Positions 42,671 to 56,066 of a stretch of 64,000 nucleotides of DNA are shown here, one piece after another. Both the position numbers and the translations under genes were made by a program. The first letter of the stretch is position 1. Each line of letters opens with the position of its first letter. This DNA comes from Phallusia mammillata (Eukaryota): contig OZ281499.1 in assembly GCA_965637545.1 (NCBI GenBank), positions 20,832,001-20,896,000 on the forward strand, read 5' to 3'. Under the pieces are notes generated by a model that was not told the origin of the DNA, did not search any database, and worked only from the letters and a program-made list of their open reading frames with translations.

Positions 42671-44231
42671 TACTGACTGGAAGCTTTTCACAATCTATAA
42701 TTATCCTGAACAAAAACAAACATACTTTGCTACAATGAGATTATTTGCTTTTTCTGTTTTATTGGAGACTGAATCTTCATCTGTATCCTACCATTAGCCA
42801 CGGAAACATCACTGGTAATTGTATATTCAAGATAATTGCAAAAAAGTTGTTACTGCCAATCTAAATTAACAGCACATCCTTAATTTTGTTTGCTATTTTA
42901 TATTTTGGGGCCTTTTGCAAGTGTTATTTTTTTGCAAAACACACAAATGTTTGTTCACCAAGACTTTTTTATGATTAGGACTGTAAATGTAGAGTTATAT
43001 CCGTTTTATTGGGTAGATTGTAATTATATGAGTAAGTTGGTACATATAGTACCTGATTTACATGATGCACAAGTTATTCTAAAAATGTTTTTGAAGAAAT
43101 ACTTCCGTCTACTTGTTTAATACATGACCGTTTGTTTTCAAAATTGCAACATGTAAATAAAAGTCAACACCACATATATGTATTTCATAGTCAGCTTTCA
43201 TTACTATTTACTTGCTGGACTACCTTTATAGGCTGAGCAACAATTAAACATTGCACCAGAAAAGTATAGTGCAATTTTGACAACGATCGCAAATTTTTGA
43301 TGTTAATACCAATTCAGAACAAATTTAATGCAATTAACAAAACATGTTTTTATTTGTGCAAAGATAAACAAAAACATTAAATTTCATTTTAATGTTTATT
43401 TTCACACTGCCTTTTTGGTTCTGGCATATATTTTTCTTGAATACAGTTAATAGTTGATGAAACTGCAGCAACTAACCTTTTTCAAGTAAATATTGCGATC
43501 GTAGCCCGGCCACGGCACATATCCATGGCTCATTGCGTTTTGAACGTTGAGCCGACACCAGTTTGCTTTAAACTACTGTGGGACCATTGGCATTTCCTCT
43601 GTTGTTTATGCCCCAGTTGACCAACCTACGCCCCCAGGGCAAACAGCGGAAAAAAGGCTCCAGCAAACACACAAAACATCGCATATCTCCAGTTCTAGTA
43701 CAGGTAGAAAGGTGAAATTTCACACCTGCACTAAGTCGAACATGCAGAATTTAAAAATGCAAAAAAAAAATTTTTGCCACAAAATTAAAAAAATTTTGGG
43801 CCGAAATATCCCGATTTTGGTAACTTAAACTAAAACGGGAAAAATAAAATATTGCTCATTTTTTTTGGAAAAGCTTTACGTTTCTGAAAATCTAAGTGAT
43901 ATGCGCCAAACTTCGGGGCGGCTGGTTAAAAAAATGCAATTTATTTGAAAAATTTTAGGACGTAAAAAGGTGGCAGTTTAGGTTTGGCGCTCAAATTTTG
44001 GGGTCAAATCTCAACAGATTTGAATGAAACTTGCAGGAAATGCGGATTTTTAGCGCGTCATTGTTTGCTGGCGAGCGGGACGGCGGCAATATGCGCGAGT
44101 TATGAACTTCAAGTGAATATTAGGAGCAGTGGCCCCGAAGTTAAAATAACGATTTAGGGCTTTTTGAAAACGGCATGCTCTGCAGAAAAAGAATATGTCA
44201 GTGGCATTTTTCCCGTTTGAACACAATAGCT

Positions 44232-44795
44232 ACCGAGGACAGTAGCATGTTGCGCTAATGCCGATTTTTTAGCATCTTTCTTGGCTACATCCCTTTCATG
44301 TTCTTTACGGCGCGTATTCAGAGATCTTCCCGTTTCGCCAATGTAAATCTCCTTGCACTGTTGACATGGGATCGCGTACACCACACCCCTTGCCGCGTTA
44401 GATGCTAAAAAATCGGCATTAGCGCAACATGCTACTGTCCTCGGTCACACCATAAACTTCTCTGCTGCCCAGGTGTTAGCGAGAGAAACCGATTTTCACA
44501 AGCGAGGTTTCCTGGAGTCGTGGAACATACATTCTCACACCAACACGATGAACGTTAAAACGGACGTTCTAATGCCGATAACTTATCGGTCGCTTTTGCA
44601 CCATTGAGCCAGGTGTTATCACACGACCATTGGTGCGCATTGCGTTTTTTCTACCGCCTTTTTTGTGTGTGTTTCCCCGCCCTTTTCGCTTTATAATAAC
44701 TTGTGTTTGCAATGTATGTCATTACCCTGATGAAGGTGTTTCGTATGGGACATCGAAACGTTGGCACAGTAGAATAAAAAACTGCCGGAAGAGCT
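44232..44795. mobile_element. Penelope-like element 3' fragment (GIY-YIG endonuclease plus terminal repeat) with an internal inversion
   Basis: Minus strand encodes GVVYAIPCQQCKEIYIGETGRSLNTRRKEH. Plus strand continues KSALAQHATVLGH..KRGFLESWNI..YRSLLHH*. Perfect 46-bp inverted repeat at 44232-44277 / 44400-44445. A hammerhead core and AATAAA lie downstream. Confidence 0.85.
44722..44765 (+). ncRNA. Minimal type I hammerhead ribozyme candidate in the Penelope terminal repeat
   Basis: cc-CTGATGA-a-GGTGTTTC-gtat-GGGACATC-GAAAC-GTT-gg: 8-bp helix II with G:U pairs. AATAAA at 44773. Confidence 0.65.
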
Positions 44796-44809
44796 GAAAA
44801 TTTTGTTGA

Positions 44810-47445
44810 TACGTTAATGGAGAGTGTACTTAAAAAACTTCTTTGGAAAATTTGCCTTGTATACATTGACGACATTGTTACGTTTTCAGAGGATTTTTCC
44901 AGTGGCCTAAACAATCTGCGTGCTGTATTTTCTTGTCTACGGGATGCCGGATTAAAGTTGAAACCTCAAAAGTGCCGTTTATTTTCTCGTCAGGCATCAT
45001 TCCTGGGTCACATCGTGTCTGAAGCTGGAGTACAATGTGATCCAGTTAAGCTTAAAGCGGTGCGGCATTGGAGTGTCCCCAGTAACATTACTGAGGTGAG
45101 AAGCTTTTTAGGGTTTGCTTCTTACTACCGACGTTTTTTTCGCAACTTTGCAGGCATCGCTGAACCCCTAACCAGTCTCATTAGAAAAAACTCGAAGTTT
45201 TTGTGGAGCACAGAGTGTCAACAAGCATTTGATAAAATAAGGAAATGTTTAACTTCTGCACCTGTTCTGTCCTATCCCATGCCAGATCGGTAATTTATCC
45301 TTGACACAGATGCTAGTGCAACCGGTCTTGGGGCTGTATTGTCCCAATCAGATGGACACTGTGAATATGTTGTTTCGTATGCAAGCCGTGCCCTAAGCAA
45401 ATCGGAACGTCACTATTGCGCAACGTTTCGGGAACTATTGGCAGTAGTTCATTTTGTTCATTATTTTCGCCATTATTTGTGGGGAAGGCCATTTGTGTTG
45501 CAAACTGATCATGCATCGTTGCAATGGCTTCTCAATTTCAAGGAGCCTGAAGGAATGCTTGCCTGGTGGCTTTCGGTGCTGGGGACGTACGACTTTTCAG
45601 TTGTGCACAGGGCTGGTAAACAACATTTAAATGCGGATGGATTATCTCGACAGCGTTGTCGCCAAGAGCAGTGTCCTGATTGCATGCTACTAGAAGGAAA
45701 TACGCCGAATCAAGTCACTGCAGCGGTTGGAAATACGGTCCATGCTGAATCGAATTGGCTTTCTCAATGGAATACTCAGGATATTCTCTTTTGTCAAGAC
45801 GGGGAACTGAGCGCCGTGGCAAGGTTTAAGGGAATTAGTCAGCATGCTCCATCGCAATCCCAGTTTTTAGAAAGCGGAGGGCATCAAGCTTACCTCAATC
45901 AGTGGGATCTGTTGGAAATAGAAGACGGAATTTTGTGTCGAGTATGGGAGCCTGACAATGAAGAAGACGAAGAACAAAAACTAATTGTGGCGCCCATAAT
46001 GTTGCGCAAAGAAATATTTCATCACTTGTACGAATTAAGAACTGCTGGTCATCTTGGCATTAAACGAACTATAGCACAAATTCGAAGGAGGTTTTATTGG
46101 CCTGGTCTGCGACGAGATGTAACTCAATGGTGCAAATGGTGTCTAATTTGCGCACGCAGAAAACCTACGCATGGCCGTCATCGAGGACTGCTAAAACAAT
46201 CCATAGCAACTTATCCGATGGAGAGGATTGGCATAGATTTTATGGGTCCTCTTCCAATGACTGAGTTGGGAAACCAGTATATTTTAGTAGTCTCAGACTA
46301 TTTTACTAAATGGACTGAATGTTACGCGTTGCCGGATCAACAGGCTTTGACGACAGCACATACTCTTGTCTCGGAGTTTTTCTGCCGCTTTGGAATACCT
46401 CGCTACCCATTCGGACCAGGGCAAAGATTTCGAGTCGAGGTTATTTCAGGAAATATGCACATGTTTGGCAATAAAAAAGACAAGAAATTCGCCTTATCAC
46501 CCCCAGTCATCTGGCTTAGTTGAGCGGTTTAACCGAACTCTTTTACAAATGCTGTCTTCATTCGTAAACTGCAACAGAAATGATTGGGATGACCACTTGC
46601 CTTATGTTTTAATGGCTTACCGTTCCTCCGAACATGAATCCTCTAAATTTTCGCCAAACTATTTAATGCTTGGACGAGAAGTTGACCTACCGGTGGATAT
46701 CATGTATAGTAAACCACAACAAGCTGAAACTCCTTGTGCAACTCAGTATGCGGAAAGCCTTAGGCATCGCCTAAAAAACGCTTATGCCTCAGTCCGCACA
46801 CATCTCAGGACGGCAGCTACAAGGCAAAAGCGAAACTATGACAAAAGCGCTTTGTCACAGGAGTTTGAAGTAGGACAGTGGGTGTGGTACTACTACCAGC
46901 CAATGGGAAGGAAAAAATTGGGCTACGGCTGGCTGGGGCCGTGGCTGGTTCTTGCCAAGATATCGCCGTTACTATACCGCAAGAGAAGAAGACAATTATG
47001 GGCGTGTGGTGCATGTTGACCATTTACGACCATTTTCAACTGAAACCGCACCAACCAATTGGCTCGAGACGTCCAACAACGCAGATGTGGAGATCGGCAA
47101 CTCAATGTAACGTGATGATTTTGATGAGGCAAATCATTCATTGGCCAACGCTGAACAATCCCGATTTGGCCGCACGCGTCGCGCGCCGAGCTATTTAAAC
47201 GCGTATGAATGGTGATTTATGTTGTGTTTTATATGTACTATTTATTGTGTGTGGATAAAACGTGCTTTGTGGATGGGGGTAGTGTAACGATAAAATGTTT
47301 TATGTGTACGTTTTCCTTTATATGGGCGCTACCTTAAGTGGGCAGCAGCTCGTGACGGTGGTGGATTCTCTGGTCATTCTATGATTGGTGTTGGCGAGTG
47401 GTGTACGTTATTTGTGGTGGAATAAAATGCAGAAACAATTCTACA
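44810..47445 (+). mobile_element. 5'-truncated Ty3/Gypsy retrotransposon (3' RT, RNase H, integrase, probable 3' LTR)
   Basis: ORFs 44817-45293 (VYIDD), 45339-46523 (RNase H, zinc finger, GIDFMGP) and 46366-47019 (VERFNRTL), broken by a stop and frameshifts. PPT GGATGGGGGTAG, then a TGT..ACA segment at 47283-47445 with AATAAA. No 5' LTR or gag. Confidence 0.85.
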
Positions 47446-49142
47446 ATGGTTTGCAGGCAAAACTGTAACGATTTGGTATATTTAATATTGTTTAATGTGT
47501 GCTTTCGGACCAAGCCGTGATCATGCAAGGCGAAAGCCTTAATACTTACAAAAATCAGGTAGGCGACAAGTTGGTCATTTTGATATCCACCGGTACCATA
47601 TTTTGTTTATGGTCAAAACGCAAAAAAATTAAAACTTGCTAGAGACAAAAAAGTTGCACTTGTTTGTTGTTTCGAGCAAACATTTTGTTTGCACATCATT
47701 AAGAGAACTTGAAATGCAATGATACAGATTTTATTGTGTACTTACTATCAGCCATGTGGACTTGGAAATGAGTTGGTGTGTGCAACTCCATTATGTACGC
47801 ATGAAAACGTCGTGTCATAAACCATCTTGACATCTAAACCGCAATGTATTTGTTACTATTTATTAGGATTGTGACTCTTATGCCAAAACGATTAATGTTA
47901 AAAAACAGAGAAGCGTGTGTTTTGAATCGATACAAGGCATCTGTTTGATTTAGCTTGAGCTTAGTCTATCGTTAATTGACAGGCTAATATATTTGCGCGC
48001 GTCATATCCGATAACATTAGCAATGCTCGCTATGATTAGATATATTATTTTACCTTGCAGATCACTTATGCAAGGTTTGTAGAGATAAAGACAGCAGTAT
48101 TTTTGCGTTGACAAAATAACATCATACGATTTGGAAGTGTAAGTGGCACAAAACTGGCATCTGAATCCGAAAATACAAAACTAACTAGACTAGAAACTTG
48201 AGTTTACAAGCCTGAAATGACGACAATTAAATGGCCAAGTGTGTAGTTATGCCATAATATTCAAAATGGCTATGTTGTTGAAGCCATTTCAAAGTAATTT
48301 AATACTTTTTGTGCATTTTTTTACAAAAGCACAGAAGTACGTACGGCAACCAAACGGTTTCAATCGGGCAACAGCCACCTCTTTTTTAATGTGTCAAGGA
48401 TGATTATTTTAATGTCTTTATGTTAAACACATTGTGTGTCCAAAGTAAATCAGTGTGTACAGGGTTAATAGGGGAACTGCAAATTGTGAAATGTTGGTTT
48501 TGACGCGATAAACCTAAACGAATGTGAAAACTGTCTTATCAAACTACAGGTAATATGAATCAGTCAAACGCACGTTTTTTTGTTTATCTGATAAAACAGG
48601 CTACATATAAAGGGTTTCTGCTACGTGGTAACCGTGTGTTTAGTTTTGTAAACAATGCACTGGTAATTTCAAAAGGAAAGTAACCCTTGTGTCTACAATT
48701 AAGACCGACTAGAGCTGTTTCAGTGGACTAAAAGTAGGCTGTTATTGTACAGGAGTTTAAACAGAGGACTAACACTACCTTGCTATAAAGCTACACCCAC
48801 ACAAACAGAGCAAAGGTTTTGAGATTAGAAGCAATACTTCGTTTACGTTAATATGTAACTTGAAACGAATGTACATACCTTGAAACAAACGCTTCGCCGT
48901 ACATCACAAACAAAACGACCGTGAACAAAACCCTTCACATGAAAGAAGCGCGATCGGTTTTGTTCAGTTGTGTTGTCTGTGTTTCGTGAAGTGCAATCGG
49001 TTCATTAAGGCTCAGGAGCCTCACTTTTAACAGTAACTTGTCACCGAAAGTCAGTTGAAATACTCAGTCAGTTTTGTGTCAAAACATAGTCAGGCGTATA
49101 TACGGAAAAGCAATTTTTACAGGTGACCAATATTAACCTAAA

Positions 49143-52100
49143 ATGACTTGCAAACCGGAACGATATCTATTTAATGAACCGTTTGGAATGTTTTATGTCT
49201 TTAATAACGTGGAGTTCGGTAAGTAAGAATAATTGTTTTAAATTACTGGAAAATTGTTGATGCAGTTAACAAATTTCAGGTACATTTAGATCGCATGGTG
49301 CATTTGGTTGTCCTATAGCAGGGGTGCACAACCTGCGGCCCCGGTAATGAATTTATGCGGCCTTGAACATGTGTGTTAAAATACTCGCACTGGCGGCCGT
49401 AAATTGAATAAAACTCTGTTGCTAGACGTTCAGCTTTAAAAAACTAGATTGAATGGATTTTGATGGGATGGAAACAAATATTATACCGACCCAGTATCCA
49501 TGTGAACTAGACGTGTTGTTTGCCTATTTTGTACAAACAATTAAATGAACAAGTCAACAAACAACGAAACAATGAAGAAAGAGACGTAAGACAGTTAAGA
49601 CTGATTGTCAAATCGTTTGGCTAAATCTGAGGTTCTCACACTTTTTTAAAACTTTTTTCTAAACGGTCCGTTTCCATTATTTCGTAAGCTAGCGGTCCTT
49701 AAGGACAAAAACCAAAAAAACATTATAACTTAACAAAAACATTACGATTGTGTGCAAACAATTGCACTTTTGTTAGTTTTCATGCAATGAAGGCTATTGT
49801 TTAGCACAGTAGTTCTCAAATTGTGCGTCGCGACGCCCTGGCGTGTCGTTTCAATTTTCCAAGGGCGTCGCAGAATAGTTCCGTTTCGTGGCTTTTTGTT
49901 GTTGTATCAATAAACACATCTCCAATAATAATTTTTCTCATTAACTTTTATTTGCTGGTGCGTCGCAGAAAACTTTCCCAGAGGCGTCGCAACAAAAAAA
50001 GTTTGAGAACCACTGGTTTAGCAATAGAGACTGTCGATTCTCAATTCTACTTTGATTTGAACTGATTCAGTGTCACAAACTAACGCCAAATAAGACTATA
50101 GAACTGCCTTTTCGCGGTATCCCCAAAATTTCCTTACGGACCCCTGAAGGATCGCGGACCCCATCAGTTTGAGAACCGCTGGGCTAAATCAATGAATCAA
50201 GTCAAAATCTATTTGGGCTTTTAGGCACCAGTATATGAGACATTACAGATAAATTCTATATCTTCACAACTCTTTAAAATCATTAGTATACAACATGGGG
50301 AAACTTTGGTATGGCGGCCGTTGGTAAAACAAGAACCCGTGATGCGGCCGTCATGGCGAAAAGGTTGTGCATCCCTGCCCTATAGTGCTATAAAGTAAAC
50401 GTAAGAATATAGGTAAATCTTGTTGTAACTGCAAACATTGTTATTGACAGTTACTCTCATAAAGATGAAAACTGTGGGGTAGAACATCAAATGATTTACT
50501 GAAAACGTTAAGCATGAAGTAAAGCCTACATGATTTGAAATCACATTCATACACATTTTTGCAGACAATCACAAATTGCCAAAACGCGATGGTTCCGATC
50601 TCGATGCAAATAGTCTTAACGACGTGGTTAACAAATATAACTTTATAACCCAGCAACCGTTCGAAAATTTCACTGCAGGGATGTTTTTTCAGGTAAAACT
50701 TTGTCCAAGTTGGTTATTACCACGTTAAGGAGTTTACTTGGCCTTGTTTACAGAAAATTAGCAACAAATTCATGTAGAATTTGTAAATCATCGAAATCGT
50801 TTTATCTTTTTGACATTTGGCAGAAATTGGATGACATTCGCAAAGAAGATTACTCGAAGATAAGTTGTCTGGCCATCGCATTTCTCTCCCATGGATCCGA
50901 AGGACAGATTGAAATGAAAGATTATGGAGTCAATGTTGACGACATTGTTCAAAGTCTAAGTGAAATTAAGGGTTTGCAAGGAAAACCTAAGATACTGATA
51001 TTTCAGGTAGTTTTGTAAGTGCGCACTGAAATTAAAGAAATGGAAATTCTGACATGTGGTTTTCGGTGTGTCCAACTTATTTACATAACCACATACGACT
51101 TTTACCAGTATTACTTTAAACGCATTTTTAGTAATGCCCAAATGCTTACATTTACTTGTATAGATATTTTACTTGTTAAATATGATTAGTGCGTAACAAC
51201 TGACTCATATTAGAAGAAACGGGCATTTTAAATAAGTTACATTAAAAACAGAAAAGAAATATTGGGGTAAACAAACTATCTATCCAATGGCTTCTTGAAA
51301 TATTCAGTTTGCGTAGAAAAAATAAATTAACTATCCGCGTTTAAGGCATGTCGGGGAACTGCTATTGCAAAAGCAGGGATAGTGCAAACGAGTGACTGTT
51401 CGGATCAGCTAGAAGCAGACGGACCGGTATCAGAAAGCGGAAACGAGGGCGAGTACGCGGATGTCGGCGTCACATTGCTTTCTGGTCTTCCTATTGGAGC
51501 GGATTTCATTATGTGCAATTCTACAACTAAGAGTGAGTATATAAATAAAAGGGAAGGGGTGTGACCAAATTGATCTCATATGCCAGTGGTTCTAAAACTT
51601 CTCCAACATTTTTTCATAACAGTCCCTTTGCTATTATCGCGAAAACTCGCTATCCATAGAACTTAGTGTATGTATGAACGAAAAGCTATAATGAAAGCTT
51701 AAGTTGGCCAATAATAGTTGATTTTCCTACTTCCCAGAGCAAGACACAAAATTTAAAATGTGCTTACCCTGGACATTTTTGTTACCTAATTATTTTCAGA
51801 TCACGTGTCATTCCGAAACCCAATCAAAGGCTCCAGATATATTCGAAAGTTTTGCAACGTTCTTCGTCGCTATGTCGATGGTAAATAACAAGTGTGAGTG
51901 TGAAAATCTATGTAACTTTCAGAGAGTAATTTAGAGGCCCGATTTCCTTTTTTATGTAAGCATTTAGGCACAAACGTTTAAAATGTTAACTATAGCAGTA
52001 TCAAAACAATTTGTGTTTAAAATCCTTAAGATGCTGCAAAGAAAGTTGCTCTAATAACTTCACTAAGAATAGATTTTTTTCGTCATATATATTACACCAC

Positions 52101-52693
52101 TTACACATAACTAAACAATCTTTTGCAAAAATAAAAGCATTGTCCTTAGGTACAAAATTCACGGTTTTAAAAATTCTTCTCTTTGAGAATGACACAAGCT
52201 GATGTCAAAACGTCATGTTTTACACTGATATACTGGCTTGTTTGTTTCTTGTTAAAAGCATTGTCCCGCAAAACAAAAACATTATTTCGTGTATTAATTA
52301 CATCAGGGGTCGGCAACCTTTTTCGCACTGCGGACCGTTTTGAAACTAAAATTTTATCGCGGACCGGTCTTTGAAAAATACAAATATTTAGCAATAAAAA
52401 CGCTTAAATTAGTTTACCACCCTTGGAATACATGGGCAAAGCATTTAACCTGAAAAGTTATACGGCCCGTAACGACTTCTCGCGGACCGGCGGTTGCCGA
52501 CCACTGAATTACATCATGACCCCCGTTTTCAGAACCAGAAGAACTCGACTTCCTGCAACTTTTAACAAAAATTTCGATGGAGGTTGCCATGACAAACCAA
52601 ATGGACAAGAGAAGGCAAATTTCTTCTTTCACTTCAACTTTAACCAAGTCGTTGTATTTGCCACGAAAACAAGCTATAACACCAACACAGTAA
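49143..52693 (+). CDS. Caspase (peptidase C14A) copy B; intact, 6 exons, 271 aa, essentially no prodomain
   Basis: Exons 49143-49218, 50565-50692, 50824-51006, 51346-51532, 51800-51880, 52533-52693, total 816 nt in frame. Motifs GMFYVFNN..F, KRDGS, LSHG, KPKILIFQACRG, ADF, VSFRN..KGSRYI, STLTKSLYL. Confidence 0.92.
49319..50377. mobile_element. Non-autonomous hAT element (1059 bp) in caspase B intron 1
   Basis: TIR CAGGGGTGCACAACC / GGTTGTGCATCCCTG. TSD TCCTATAG / CCCTATAG. Confidence 0.8.
49807..50015. mobile_element. hAT MITE (209 bp) nested in the 1059-bp element
   Basis: TIR CAGTAGTTCTCAAA / TTTGAGAACCACTG. Perfect TSD GTTTAGCA (49799-49806, 50016-50023). Confidence 0.88.
52304..52506. 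mobile_element. hAT MITE (203 bp) in caspase B intron 5
   Basis: Same family as 18218-18451. Perfect TSD AATTACAT (52296-52303, 52507-52514). Confidence 0.92.
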
Positions 52694-53182
52694 TTACCCA
52701 CTCACTACAAATGAGGAATTGACCAGCAAAAAACAACAACAAAAAACTCTCAAGTTAAAAAGCCTTGTCTGTTTTGTAAATAGTATTGTGGTAGGCTACT
52801 GTATATTAATACCGTTTGCCCAATCTCAGTTCCCTATATCACAAAATAATTTTGAATTGAAACTATATCATAATAAATATTATAGACCGTCTAAATCTGG
52901 CTATATCATTAATAGAAAAGAGTAAATTAAACATTAGTGTCATAATGTATTTTGTACATAGGCCTATGATCAAAGTCGCACCAAGAGTTATTAAATTAAG
53001 GCAATGTTAGCGAACCTAGCGGATGTTATTTTGGCCAAATTAAACGTAGCACGAAGGCATAATTCAAACAAAAGGCAAGGAACTCTACGAAACACATGAC
53101 ATATTAAAGAACTATTTTTTAAAGCATACAAAGGTGCAAATACGTGTCGTTTAATTTAATTCATTGCTGTCGTATTTTTTTC

Positions 53183-53474
53183 GAACCCAGGACGGTCCCG
53201 GGAACGAATCCCGATCAGGGTTTTTCATGTCTGTATATGGGTCAGGCGCGCCGGACCATTCGGCCAAGTTCCTGCCCCATTGCTGCCGTAATGTTTGGCA
53301 CGGTACTAGTTTTAGTTTTAGCGCAAGCGAGCGGTCAAAATATTTTTAACAAGTGTCACAATAAACACAAAATACATGACAAAACCGGTAGGGCAGTAAA
53401 TGGTCCGGCGCGCCTATCTCACATACAAGTATAAAAACCTGATCGGGATTCGTCCCCGGGACCATCCTGGGTTC
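53183..53474. mobile_element. MITE / foldback element with ~77-bp terminal inverted repeats
   Basis: The left end GAACCCAGGACGGTCCCGGG...GGCGCGCCGGACCATT matches the reverse complement of 53399-53474. No clean TSD. Confidence 0.75.
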
Positions 53475-56066
53475 TAACCTCGCGAAAAAAAAATGACTAC
53501 ATAGGGCACAGGGCATTAGTTAATGATAAAATCGTGCGATCACGGAAATCTTTTACGTTCAATAGCATCAACGTTTGATTTGGTGGGGTTTTCTTCAAAG
53601 GTTTCACTATATTAAGAGGTTCCACCAGCCAGATGGGTAATATAATAACAAATGAGTCAATTAGGATGTAGTTAGTTCTAAGTTCCGTAGTCGAAACTAA
53701 AACTTCGTTCAACTGAGCCGTGCTTTTTTGAAATTGTATTGCCAGGTAGATACACATTTAATTTAAACTTACCGAATATCAGACCCACTAAATGTGTGCC
53801 CGACATCTTTGTTGACGGGTCATTTTGCGGTGTAAAAACACAAAAATGTTGTTTCAATAAACTTGTTTGCATGTAACAAACTGGTTGAAATTGGGTTTGG
53901 TAACAAAAAAAATAAAAATCTGTTGAATATCAAATCCTCAGAGTTAAAGTAGCTTGCAAAAACAATTTTTCATGACACACTAATGTTGTGGCACAATAGA
54001 ATGTATAGTATTTTAAACAAACAGTGCTTTTTCTTTAGAACTTTAAGTTGACTGGTTTAACATCAGATTGCCCAAAAAAGGTTACAAAATGGTAAAAAAA
54101 GCTTGTTATGTTGTGCATGTACCACATACGTGTGTTGTTTTTTGAGAATTGTATTAGATATCACCAACATACAACGCCTGTTTGTCGTCAGGACAACTAT
54201 CAGTTACAGCAATCAATGCGATTTGAGTCCTGTGGCGTTTGAACCATAGAACGGTTCAGGATTACAGAAGACAACAAAAAAGTCGCATGACAAGATTTAA
54301 AAAATGAAAAGTTTTGTTCAATGCATGTGAATTCAAAGTAGGCTATAGTTCTTGTCGTACAAATGACACAAATTAATCAACAATAAACTGCTATCAGGTT
54401 TTAAACCAGGTGTGCAAAGAGTCATATACTATGTTTCCATGTCGCGTTTGGGCCTAGCCCAAAATTTTTGTCCATGTTTTGAATTTAGCGACAAAAATTG
54501 GTCGTGTTTCCATATCGCTAACGCAGTCAAGCGTCACGTGTTACAACGATCTATTGCCTGCCTCGCGGGGCTCAAGGCTAAAACGCAGCATGGTAAACTA
54601 GCCTTGGAATGTAATTAAAACTACAAAACTGCGCTACAAATTAACTTCTACATCTAAAGCTGACTTGAATAAAGTAGGATATGAAAAAAATACGGTTATA
54701 GAATCTTTGTTCCAAAACAATAATTAAACACGTGGTCTCTGTAATCCAGTACCCCAAGGTCCTTAATTTACATCCCAGGCATTAGTCATGATCATCGGCC
54801 AGTCCAACCATCGAGTCGAATTTTCAGCATTTTGTGCTTCGTGTTATCTTGTGTAAGCAATGGATGAAACTTAAATGGGAAGGCAAAAAATAATACTCTT
54901 TCACGTTCTACAGCGACAAGAAACGCTGAGTGAATTATGTTGGAAAAATTATGATACGTCTTTAACTACATTTTACACACAATAGATTACAAAACAAATC
55001 ACCTTGTTATCATAGACCCAAAACATCCAACGTACAGTCGACCATATAAACGCTAATGGAAATGGTCAATGTCCAATGATCAATAACAAATTGCCAGAGA
55101 GCTTGTAATACATCGCAATGCAGACGTTTTAGCAATCGCTGTTGTCATCCAATTCGTGACATAAAGCGACAATCAATCATTTATTTCCAAGAACCGAAAC
55201 CAAAAATGAAGTTTAACAGCACGTTGTAAATCTTTTGCTTGCTTAGGGCTTTTTATTGTCGCGTAAAGTCGTTCTTGGCCTTTCACTTTGATAAGTGTGT
55301 TTTAACAAGCATTCGTTTGTCAAATGTTTTTGTCCTGTGTCGAAGGCGAATGTTTTCAAACGCCATAACAAAATGGTTTTGGTATTTCTACTTTGGCAGG
55401 CGGCAGTTTTTCAATATTAAGTGAAAACAACTTGTAAATCGCCAGTTATTGTGTTCGACCAAGATTTCATTATTTTCATATCTTGTGTTTGATTGCATTA
55501 AATAGAGCGTAATTATCACTAATGAAACTAACCAAAATAACCTAAAGACGCAATGAAAAGCAAACCCAACCTATGTGCGTGATAATCTGCACTTTTTAAA
55601 GTTGCTTGTTAGTTTCATATTTTAAAACACATGAGTAACAATTTGGACGATTTTGCTGTCACAAAAAAATAGGAGCGAATTTCAAAGAATAGAAAACGTA
55701 ATTGAAAATGGTAGATTTATTCTTTTAATAGTTTCCTTTTTATCATTTTATATTGTGATTTATTTGTTTATTTCCTGTTTAGGACTGACGATGTCATATT
55801 TGGGCGAAATCGATTTCCGAAGTGTTTTGCAAGAAGAAATATGCAGACTGATTTAAGTGTGTGCTGAATTTGTCAGCTAATTATTGGTACATTTTATAAT
55901 GTCGTTCTTGGAACGAAATTTGGACAACAATTCTTTGCAAACAAGATCGGCAAGTTACATGCTTCTTGGAGAAATATTTCAAAAAAACATGTGGTGCCTG
56001 TGCACCATACTCAAACTAAAACGTCTTTATTTCAATTATGTCACTTCATGTTTTTACATGTTTATA

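Noticed and set aside
43700-44230. Possible non-autonomous DNA transposon, with the palindrome GTGAAATTTCAC near its start
   Set aside because: It looks repeat-like, but I could not identify matching termini or a TSD.
52167-52722. ORF-track entries over the MITE and caspase B last exon, and most other 60-130 aa ORFs
   Set aside because: They are off-frame, antisense or intron read-through frames of spliced exons and MITEs. The real exon 6 frame was found by splice phase.
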